Shown here: positions 29,196-36,706 of the stretch, one piece after another
How the letters are laid out: each line of letters starts with the position of its first letter
How positions within the stretch are numbered: the first letter of the stretch is position 1
NCBI GenBank assembly: GCA_028286645.1
Contig: JAQBRF010000002.1
Coordinates: 58,518-122,517 of the forward strand
Origin: Candidatus Nomurabacteria bacterium
Lineage (GTDB): Bacteria > Patescibacteriota > Minisyncoccia > Phycocordibacterales > UBA5272
Direction: 5' to 3'
Length of the DNA: 64,000 nucleotides
Program-made: the position numbers and the translations under genes
Notes under the pieces: generated by a model
What the model was told of the DNA's origin: nothing
The model's database searches: none
Seen by the model: only the letters and a program-made list of their open reading frames with translations

Positions 29196-29240
29196 GTTAC
29201 TCGATACTACTATATTTTCTATATTTTATCTACAATAATA

Positions 29241-29272
29241 AAATGCGTCGCGATAGATGTCGCGACGCATTT
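29241..29272 (-). terminator. Rho-independent terminator (13-bp perfect stem) after 29324..29524
   Basis: aaatgcgtcgcga-tagatg-tcgcgacgcattt followed by a T-run on the minus strand. Confidence 0.7.
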
Positions 29273-29323
29273 ATGCGCCTTTGATCAGGAATGCCTCTGA
29301 AGATCGTCCGCCTGATCTTTGCG

Positions 29324-29524
29324 CTAATCCCATTCACCGCTCCGGCGGCCCACGATACCAGAAAGATCTCCAGAGTCTTCGTCTCCGCCGAATTCCATGA
29401 AGTCGTCCGGGCGAAGTCTCCGGCCTGACGCGCGGGGTTCAACTACTTCCGGTGGATCTTCCGACCAGTCCCTTCCTCCCGTCCTGACGCGAGCGCTTCT
29501 TTTAGCTGTTTTTACCTTAGCCAT
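29324..29524 (-). CDS. Small GC-rich basic/acidic protein (MAKVKTAKRSARVRTGGRDW...)
   Basis: GC3-rich codons; SD GAGAGGGG 8 nt upstream; perfect 13-bp-stem terminator 29241..29272 downstream. Confidence 0.45.
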   Translation of the reverse strand: MAKVKTAKRSARVRTGGRDWSEDPPEVVEPRASGRRLRPDDFMEFGGDEDSGDLSGIVGRRSGEWD

Positions 29525-29652
29525 ACTGTTCCCCTCTCATGTGTGTTGTGGGAATTTCCCATTAATTATACATAAAAAATAAAATAGTGCTAAGAGGTTG
29601 TGATGTATGGGATTAAGTTGAATATTTTTACTTATATTGACATAATTCTAAA

Positions 29653-30570
29653 ATGGAACTTCCCTATGAATTAAAAGATCTATATAGACATTGGCCACAA
29701 CATATAAAAAAAGCCCCTCTTACGCAAAATGTTAAAAACAAAAAACTCTTGAATGATATTAAGTGGTTTATTAAAGAGAGGATAAATATCTGGGAAAAGA
29801 AAACTTCTGGCGCATCTCCGCCATTTACAAAAGATCCTATTTTATCTACCTATCGATTTTGTAATATATTCAGAGAGTTTGATAAGCAGACCATAGCCTT
29901 TCACACAAGATTAAATCCACTAAGAAATGACTTCCCTTTATGGCTTTTAAATATGTTTTATTTCCGAATGGTGGCAAATATAGAAACAATAAATACGCTT
30001 GGACTTCTTTCTTATAATAAAAAGGACGGTGAAGAGTTTTATAAAAGAATCATGGTTTCACCAAGACCCCGCTTCGGAACTCCTTATGTATTTCCTATAA
30101 GCACCATAATGCGTAGTGAAACTCCGACCAGAGAGGCTTTTATATCATTTTACCTTCCGAGTGTTATGAAAAAGATTGCAAAAGAAATAAAGACGTGGAG
30201 CAAAGAGTCGGTTTACGATGGGGTAGAAAGGATACTTCCTCTTTTTGGTTACAATCTCCGTTTTCTTTGGACAGAAGTCTTAATCGACGTTGCCTATCAA
30301 TATCCGAAGCGTTTAGATTTATTTAAAAGATTCCCTATAGGTCCGGGATCAGCGCCGACATTTAAAAGAATTGATAATAGCAAGGACCCTTCTATTTTGG
30401 TTACGGAATTATCCTTGACCTCTGTTTCAACCGGGGTTTCCTTTAATGGAAAAGCTCTGCGGCTATCTGCAGAAAACTGGGAAGGAGTTGGATGTGAATT
30501 TAGGAAATATACGAATTTAAAAAACGGGCACGGGAGAAAAAGATTATATAAAAAATCGCCCAGCAAGTGA
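29653..30570 (+). CDS. Hypothetical protein (305 aa), no recognisable motif
   Basis: Long clean ORF adjacent to the tRNA-Arg scar region. Confidence 0.55.
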   Translation: MELPYELKDLYRHWPQHIKKAPLTQNVKNKKLLNDIKWFIKERINIWEKKTSGASPPFTKDPILSTYRFCNIFREFDKQTIAFHTRLNPLRNDFPLWLLNMFYFRMVANIETINTLGLLSYNKKDGEEFYKRIMVSPRPRFGTPYVFPISTIMRSETPTREAFISFYLPSVMKKIAKEIKTWSKESVYDGVERILPLFGYNLRFLWTEVLIDVAYQYPKRLDLFKRFPIGPGSAPTFKRIDNSKDPSILVTELSLTSVSTGVSFNGKALRLSAENWEGVGCEFRKYTNLKNGHGRKRLYKKSPSK

Positions 30571-30581
30571 GCGACTTTTTA

Positions 30582-30848
30582 TTATTTCCCCATTTTTGCA
30601 ACGGCCTTTGCCAATCTGCCTTTCTTTCTATCTGCTGTTCCTTTTTTAATTACTCCCCTCTTTGCGGCCTTATCAAGGGCTTTAAAAGCAAGAGAAAGGG
30701 TTTCTTTCGTTACGTTAGGATCTTTGGCTAAAACGCCGCTTCTAACCTCTTTTACCGACTCTCGCATAGTGCGGCGTCTGCGGTCATTAACTACTCGCTT
30801 TCGCTCGCTCACTCTTATTGCCTTCTTTGCGTTTTTTGTAATTGCCAT
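30582..30848 (-). CDS. rpsT: 30S ribosomal protein S20
   Basis: MAITKNAKKAIRVSERKRVVNDRRR...AAKRGVIKKGTADRKK. Confidence 0.9.
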   Translation of the reverse strand: MAITKNAKKAIRVSERKRVVNDRRRRTMRESVKEVRSGVLAKDPNVTKETLSLAFKALDKAAKRGVIKKGTADRKKGRLAKAVAKMGK

Positions 30849-30932
30849 AGTTTTATGTAAGTAGAACTACTCTAACATATTTCATCAGATTGATCAAGAA
30901 ATCCGCACCTTCTATCATGTTATACTTTTCCT

Positions 30933-31493
30933 ATGATTGGACATCTCCGAGGTAAGGCTATAAGCGTAAATAATCAATCACTGATACTGGATGTTGGAGG
31001 AGTCGGGTACAGTGTATACTTGCCTCTACCGCTGCTTCTTTCTGTTAAGGAAAATGATGAGGCATCTTTCTGCATACATACTCATGTACGAGAAGATTCT
31101 ATTGTGCTTTATGGATTTAAGGACACTTTAGACCTGGCACTTTTTGAAAATTTAATAAACATTTCTGGGATTGGCCCAAAGAGCGCTCTTGCCATGCTTT
31201 CGGTTCATTCCCCTGCGTCCATTGCGGACGCTATAGAGCGAGAAGACATAGAAGCACTGTCACATACTCCAGGAGTGGGTAAAAAAACTGCAGCAAAGAT
31301 TATTTTAGAATTAAAAGGCAAGCTGGCACATTTAGTGCAAACTAAAGAAACAGATATTACGTTTGAAGTTCGTATGGCCCTTGAAACTCTTGGATACTCT
31401 CCAAAGGAAATTCACGATACGCTTAGTAAATTGAAAACTGAAAATAAAACGACGGGTGTATTAATAAAAGAAGCTCTACAGCAATTACAATAA
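30933..31493 (+). CDS. ruvA: Holliday junction branch-migration complex subunit RuvA
   Basis: MIGHLRGK...VGGVGY...ISGIGPKSALAMLS HhH motifs. Confidence 0.9.
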   Translation: MIGHLRGKAISVNNQSLILDVGGVGYSVYLPLPLLLSVKENDEASFCIHTHVREDSIVLYGFKDTLDLALFENLINISGIGPKSALAMLSVHSPASIADAIEREDIEALSHTPGVGKKTAAKIILELKGKLAHLVQTKETDITFEVRMALETLGYSPKEIHDTLSKLKTENKTTGVLIKEALQQLQ

Positions 31494-31537
31494 GGCCGTG
31501 GTGCAGTAAAGTAGCGCATAGGGGGTAGAAAATTAAA

Positions 31538-31566
31538 ATCGCCGAGCTGCTTCGCAGCTCGGCGAT
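31538..31566. terminator. Bidirectional hairpin terminator (ruvA + / 31573 gene -)
   Basis: atcgccgagctgc-ttcg-cagctcggcgat flanked by T-runs on both strands. Confidence 0.65.
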
Positions 31567-31572
31567 CGTTTT

Positions 31573-31881
31573 CTACTTCACTTCCGGTATACACGGAATG
31601 GGCTTCCCATCTTTGTCCGGAACCCACCCACCCCATGAATAGTCCGCCCTGCTTCCGAACCGTCGCCACATAATATCGCCGGAACAGAAGTTCTCTCCTT
31701 GCAGGAGGGGAAGCCTTCTTCGCAAATCTTTCCCCGGGACACTGGAATCGGTATTCTCCGGGTTGGCCGCCGCATACATGTCGGCGAAGTATCCGGCATT
31801 TAGTCCGGGCGGCTCTGCCGCGGCTGGAAGTGAGTAAAAGAAGAGAAGCGCTATAAGAAGTGATTTCATAAGAACCCCCAA
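31573..31881 (-). CDS. Small GC-rich secreted protein (signal peptide MKSLLIALLFFYSLPAAA)
   Basis: GC3-rich codons; SD GGGGG; conserved AT-rich promoter module upstream shared with 32192..32470. Confidence 0.5.
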   Translation of the reverse strand: MGVLMKSLLIALLFFYSLPAAAEPPGLNAGYFADMYAAANPENTDSSVPGKDLRRRLPLLQGENFCSGDIMWRRFGSRADYSWGGWVPDKDGKPIPCIPEVK

Positions 31882-31990
31882 TGTTGAACTTACTACACAA
31901 CACTACAATTTAGTGCAAACTATGTCAAGTCGGACTTTATTATTTATTTTCCTGGAAAGTGAAGTAAGTCCACGAGCATGCTTATAAAGA
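31882..31990 (-). promoter_or_regulatory. Conserved ~100-bp upstream module (TTGACA-N17-TAGTGT promoter plus TTTCCTGGAAA palindrome), copy 1
   Basis: Matches 32471..32580: ttgaacttact...acactacaatttagtgcaaactatgtcaa...ttttcctggaaa. Confidence 0.6.
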
Positions 31991-32191
31991 AGGATCGGAC
32001 TCAATTACAATAAAAACACCGGGCGCTTTCGCGACCCGGTTTTGCTGCGTGTTTAAGGCTACTGCATATTGCACGGCATCGCCCGATTAGTAATCGGGTC
32101 GATTAGGATGAATGTATTAATCCGCCGGCAGTAGTTTTCCTCACCTAGCATCTAAACCTATTCCCCAAATGAAACTTAGGAGTCGATTTTC

Positions 32192-32470
32192 TTATTTCTC
32201 GGCGTCGCACGACCCCGGCAGAAGAATGACATGATCGATCCTGGCGGTCTTGTCCCGGAACATTCCAATTTCCAGGATGATGATGCCTTCTTTCATGCCT
32301 ACATCAATCACACATCTTTTCCGAAATGTTCCAGGAGAAAGAGCGGGCAGCCGCTGACTCTGTGCGTAGCTGGCCACCGCCTGTGCAGCGGCTGCATGCC
32401 GTGGCTGGACGAGGACCTGCGGAACTGCCAGGGCCGAAAATGCTGCTATCGCAAACAAAAATCTTCTCAT
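32192..32470 (-). CDS. Small GC-rich secreted protein (signal peptide MRRFLFAIAAFSALAVP)
   Basis: SD GTGAGG; conserved upstream module; hairpin downstream. Confidence 0.5.
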   Translation of the reverse strand: MRRFLFAIAAFSALAVPQVLVQPRHAAAAQAVASYAQSQRLPALSPGTFRKRCVIDVGMKEGIIILEIGMFRDKTARIDHVILLPGSCDAEK

Positions 32471-32580
32471 ACTAGCCTCACGGTTGGTTGAACTTACTTA
32501 ATAACACTATAATTTAGTGCAGATTATGTCAATATAACTTTATCTAAGTATTTTCCTGGAAACTGACAGCTGAAAACTGT
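32471..32580 (-). promoter_or_regulatory. Conserved upstream module, copy 2
   Basis: See 31882..31990. Confidence 0.6.
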
Positions 32581-32591
32581 AGACTACCTAT

Positions 32592-33878
32592 ATGGAAAAA
32601 CTTCTCCGTACAGTCGAAAAGCTCATCCCGAGAAAAGTTTATAACTTCTTTCAGCCTGCATATCACTTCCTCCTAGCTATTACCGGCGCCTTAATTTATC
32701 GAGGCCCATCTAAATATATTTATGTTATAGGAGTAACTGGAACTAAAGGCAAATCCTCAACCGCGGAATTTATAAATGCTGTTCTAGAAGCCGCAGGTAA
32801 GAAAACCGCCATCTTATCTACCATAAGATTTAAAGTGGGAGACAAGACTCGTCCAAACAAATTTAAAATGACTATGCCGGGAAGATTCTTTACTCAAAAA
32901 TTCTTACGTGAAGCGGTGGACGCTAAATGCCAATATGCAATTATAGAAATGACGTCAGAAGGCGCGAGATTTTTCCGTCATGTAGGCGTTGAGCTCGACG
33001 CTCTTATTTTTACCAATCTCTCCCCTGAGCACATAGAAAGCCATGGCTCATTTGAAAAATATAAAAAAGCAAAGCTCCGTTTGGCTAAAAGACTTTCTAA
33101 TAGCAATAAATTAGTCCGCATTGCTATTGCCAATACCGACAATGAACATGCATACTCCTTTCTTGTGTATCCAGTTGAAAAAAATATCGGATACTCATTG
33201 AAGCAAGTGCATATAATTTCAGAAGATCAAAACGGAAGTGACATTGAATATAACGGAGTAAAAATCCATATTCCTATCCCCGGTAAATTTAATATTTCAA
33301 ATGCGCTTGCGGCTCTTAAGCTTGCAGAAGAAAATAATATTTCTATTGAAGCAGCGAAGAAAGGAATTGAGTCTCTATCGCTTATCCGCGGCCGCGTAGA
33401 GAAAATTGATTTAGGACAGGATTTTACAGTGGTAGTAGATTACGCGCACACAGATGATAGCTTAAGAAAGTTATACGAAGCATTTCCTGTTTCAAGAAAG
33501 ATCGGAGTACTAGGTTCTACTGGTGGAGGAAGAGACTCATGGAAGCGTCCAGTCTTAGGAAAAATAGCTGATGAATATTGTGATGAAATAATTCTTACAA
33601 ATGAAGATCCGTATGACGAAGATCCGATAAAGATTATAAATGAGGTCGCAAGCAGCATCACCAAACATTCTCCTCATATAATAATGGATCGTCGCGAGGC
33701 AATCGCTCAAGCATTTTCTTTGGCAAAGACTGGGGATGCCGTTTTGATCACAGGAAAAGGAACTGACCCATACATCATGGGACCAAATGGATCTAAAATT
33801 TTGTGGGATGACGCGCAAGTCGCAAGAGAAGAATTAGAAAAGATCATTAAAACAGAGACTGCCCCCAGCCGGGTATAA
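32592..33878 (+). CDS. Mur ligase family protein, MurE-like (UDP-MurNAc-tripeptide synthetase-like)
   Basis: P-loop GVTGTKGKSST; DYAHTDDSL motif; C-terminal Mur-ligase domain. Confidence 0.7.
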   Translation: MEKLLRTVEKLIPRKVYNFFQPAYHFLLAITGALIYRGPSKYIYVIGVTGTKGKSSTAEFINAVLEAAGKKTAILSTIRFKVGDKTRPNKFKMTMPGRFFTQKFLREAVDAKCQYAIIEMTSEGARFFRHVGVELDALIFTNLSPEHIESHGSFEKYKKAKLRLAKRLSNSNKLVRIAIANTDNEHAYSFLVYPVEKNIGYSLKQVHIISEDQNGSDIEYNGVKIHIPIPGKFNISNALAALKLAEENNISIEAAKKGIESLSLIRGRVEKIDLGQDFTVVVDYAHTDDSLRKLYEAFPVSRKIGVLGSTGGGRDSWKRPVLGKIADEYCDEIILTNEDPYDEDPIKIINEVASSITKHSPHIIMDRREAIAQAFSLAKTGDAVLITGKGTDPYIMGPNGSKILWDDAQVAREELEKIIKTETAPSRV

Positions 33879-33913
33879 TAATCTTTTTATTATTAATTCT
33901 TAACAAACAAACA

Positions 33914-34249
33914 ATGGCAACAATAGAAGACTTTTTAAAGTTAGATATCAGAATAGGAAAAATTATTGAAGTAAGCGATTTTCCAGAAGCGAAAAAACCA
34001 GCATATAAATTAAAAATTGATTTCGGAGAGGAAATCGGGATAAAGAATCCTTCAGTTCAAATAGTGGCACTGTACAAAAAAGAAGACTTGGTTAATAAGC
34101 TTGTGCTTGGCGTAGTTAACTTCCCTCCAAGAAAAATTGGGCCTTTTGAATCAGAAGTATTAACTTTGGGCGTGCCTGATAGCGAGGGAAGAGTTACTCT
34201 GATGCGACCAGATAGTGACAACGCAGTAATAGGAGGAAAGTTATTTTAA
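33914..34249 (+). CDS. tRNA-binding domain protein (CsaA/Trbp111-like), second copy
   Basis: DFLKLDIRIGKIIEVSDFPEAKKPAYKLKIDFGEE; hairpin terminator 34255..34279. Confidence 0.75.
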   Translation: MATIEDFLKLDIRIGKIIEVSDFPEAKKPAYKLKIDFGEEIGIKNPSVQIVALYKKEDLVNKLVLGVVNFPPRKIGPFESEVLTLGVPDSEGRVTLMRPDSDNAVIGGKLF

Positions 34250-34302
34250 AAAGAAAATCGCGCAAACTTCGCGCGATTTGTGGCAACACTTTTCATTTCA
34301 CT

Positions 34303-34716
34303 TCAGCTTGAGGCGCCGGCCGCTCTCAGGGCGTCATAGATCTGAGATTTCTTCTTCTCCCCGATTCCCGAGACTCCGGAAACTCCGTTTCGAACAACGT
34401 CGCCTATGCTACTACGCCCTGAGTAGAAGAGAAGCTGGACAGTGGCATGGCTGAGCCCGTAGTCTTCCAGCTTCAAGACGCTTTCCTTCAGGATGGCGGG
34501 CTCACTGACGCCTCTGCTGCCAGCCGGAGCGTCAGCAGGGATAGCGGAGGGTTTCTTTCTTTTCGAGTACCCAGGGCTTCGCCCCAATCCGGCCTGCGCC
34601 ATGAGTTTTCTCGCCCGGCGGCGTTGTCCTCGTCCTTGCCCCCTTTGCTTTGTAGGGGGAATCTGTGGTGGCGCCCCCCAGACATTGTCTCGGTCGTCCA
34701 CGGTTAGAAGATGCAT
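34303..34716 (-). CDS. GC-rich protein with basic N-terminus and RNA-polymerase alpha-CTD-like HhH C-terminus
   Basis: LKLEDYGLSHATVQLLFYSGRSSIGDVV...GVSGIGEKKKSQIYDAL resembles alpha-CTD; SD AAGGAG 7 nt upstream; GC3-rich codons. Confidence 0.45.
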   Translation of the reverse strand: MHLLTVDDRDNVWGAPPQIPPTKQRGQGRGQRRRARKLMAQAGLGRSPGYSKRKKPSAIPADAPAGSRGVSEPAILKESVLKLEDYGLSHATVQLLFYSGRSSIGDVVRNGVSGVSGIGEKKKSQIYDALRAAGASS

Positions 34717-34844
34717 GTCGTGCTCCTTGTTTATTTCCCCTTTCAGGGCTTGTGGAGAAGCCTATCATAAATATATTCCAGTGTCATGTTGTGCATTTAT
34801 TAAATTTCGTATACCCTAATCGCTATACTCTAACACCTACACTT

Positions 34845-35765
34845 ATGCCTGAACTTCCCGAAGTACATACGACAGTTACCGGACTGAGAAAAGTTTTAGT
34901 AGGCTTATCAATGAAAAGTGTTTGGTCTGATATGTGGAGCACAGCCACATTAGGGAAAAACACGATTAAAGACAAGACTTACTTTCCCTACTTTAAAAAA
35001 TACGCGCTCAATCAAAAAGTAAAAGATGTAAGACGCCGCGCAAAATATATTTTGATTGATCTAGAGAATAGTTTCACTATAATCATTCACATGAAAATGA
35101 CGGGACACTTAATGTATGGAGTATACAAACAAAATAAAAAGGCTAATGGAAAAGAATGGGCGTGGGTTCCAATTGACGATAACGAGGCGTTGCTTGATCC
35201 ATACAATCGCCATATTCATGTTGTATTTACTTTATCAAATGATAGACATCTCGCCTTTTGTGATTCACGAAAATTCGGCTCCATCACCATACTTAAAACC
35301 TCAACGATTGATTCAGATAGGTTGGCGCACTTAGGTCCTGAGCCACTGGAGGAAACATTTAAAGAAATTAATTTTATCGAACGGCTCCAGCGCTTCCCTA
35401 ATCGTCCGATTAAACAAACGCTTATGGATCAAACAGTGATTGCTGGGATCGGCAATATCTACTCTGATGAAATGCTTCACCTCTCCCACATTCAACCGAC
35501 TCGTGTCACTAAGAGTTTGAAAACAGTAGAGAAGAAATTATTATTCAAAGCCATGAAGAAAGTTTTAGGGCGCGGAATTGATTTTGGAGGAGACTCGATG
35601 AGCGATTATAGAAATATAGAAGGCAAGCGCGGGAAATTCCAAGAAAAGCATTTAGTATATTTACGGACAAACCAGAAATGTAAAACGAAAAATTGCCGCG
35701 GAATTATAAAGAAAGAGAAAGTTGGCGGACGAAGCGCACATTACTGTCCCATCTGCCAAAAGTAA
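34845..35765 (+). CDS. mutM: Formamidopyrimidine-DNA glycosylase (Fpg/MutM)
   Basis: Track ORF trimmed to MPELPEVHTTV, the canonical Fpg N-terminus; C-terminal C4 zinc finger ...CRG...HYCPICQK. Confidence 0.85.
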   Translation: MPELPEVHTTVTGLRKVLVGLSMKSVWSDMWSTATLGKNTIKDKTYFPYFKKYALNQKVKDVRRRAKYILIDLENSFTIIIHMKMTGHLMYGVYKQNKKANGKEWAWVPIDDNEALLDPYNRHIHVVFTLSNDRHLAFCDSRKFGSITILKTSTIDSDRLAHLGPEPLEETFKEINFIERLQRFPNRPIKQTLMDQTVIAGIGNIYSDEMLHLSHIQPTRVTKSLKTVEKKLLFKAMKKVLGRGIDFGGDSMSDYRNIEGKRGKFQEKHLVYLRTNQKCKTKNCRGIIKKEKVGGRSAHYCPICQK

Positions 35766-35960
35766 TATTGAGCTAAATATTTTCTATCCTGTCTTGTATA
35801 CTATAAACATGAAATTTTTCATTTACTTCTTCTTAGGATTCTGGGTCATTTGGATTCTGTGGTATATAACCGGAGGACCACTCCGCGATGAAACTTCTAA
35901 ACCTTTTGTATCTCCAAGCGACTTTCAACAAATTGCTCCAACAGCACAATAATAACTTTG

Positions 35961-36033
35961 TGCCCCCACCTGGGATCGAACCAGGGACCTTCTCCTTAAA
36001 AGGGAGCTGCTCTACCAGCTGAGCTATAGGGGC
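35961..36033 (-). tRNA. tRNA-Lys (TTT)
   Basis: Reverse complement GCCCCTATAGCTCAGCTGGTAGAGCAGC...cuUUUaa...GGTTCGATCCCAGGTGGGGGCA. Confidence 0.85.
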
Positions 36034-36074
36034 AAGTGTTTAAAATACTAGCAGAAAATTAAGCTTTTTTCCAG

Positions 36075-36704
36075 TTATATACTCAACACCACTTTCTCTA
36101 ATTCAATTTTAAGATCCCTTTCCCCCCTATGCGCCAAGATACTTGCTCGCAAAAGTTTCCCTCCGATCTCTTCACATTCCTTTAAAGTAAAACGGCTGGG
36201 CTTGCCACTTTTTACATCACTCCAAAGAGTCGTCCATTTCCACCAAAGCGCTCCGTGAATCGCCTCCGGCGTCTCACGATCGCGAATGTATATCCACTTA
36301 ATCCACGCTTGTTTTTTATCGCGCTTCGCTACAAGATTACATAATTGAAACACATCATTTCCTTTCACTTTTTCTTCCATTGCATCAAATAGCTTTTCAG
36401 ACACTTTCGCCAATCTTTTAATTCTGTTTGCATCTGCAAACGGCTCATCGATTATAAATATATTTTGAGAGCTCTTCATCTCCGGAAGGAGCGCGATTAC
36501 AACATCACGAGCTGACGCCAAATCCATAACCTGGATTAGGTTGGCAATTATCTTATCTCCAAATAAGCTAGCACTCTCAATTAATGGCTCTAACGTCGCG
36601 ATATTTTCGCTGTAGATATGAGAAGATACGCTTCCTAACTTTGCTAGTGACTCATAAGCTTTTTCTCTAACTTCTTTATTTGTTCCGGCAATTGAATAAA
36701 TCAT
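36075..36704 (-). CDS. Hypothetical protein downstream of polA (possibly DNA pol III delta-like; weak)
   Basis: 209 aa ORF in operon position after polA; no strong motif. Confidence 0.4.
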   Translation of the reverse strand: MIYSIAGTNKEVREKAYESLAKLGSVSSHIYSENIATLEPLIESASLFGDKIIANLIQVMDLASARDVVIALLPEMKSSQNIFIIDEPFADANRIKRLAKVSEKLFDAMEEKVKGNDVFQLCNLVAKRDKKQAWIKWIYIRDRETPEAIHGALWWKWTTLWSDVKSGKPSRFTLKECEEIGGKLLRASILAHRGERDLKIELEKVVLSI

Positions 36705-36706
36705 AT

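Noticed and set aside
34665-34844. First 60 codons of track ORF 34665..35765
   Set aside because: GC-rich antisense read-through of the neighbouring gene. The canonical Fpg N-terminus MPELPEV begins at 34845.
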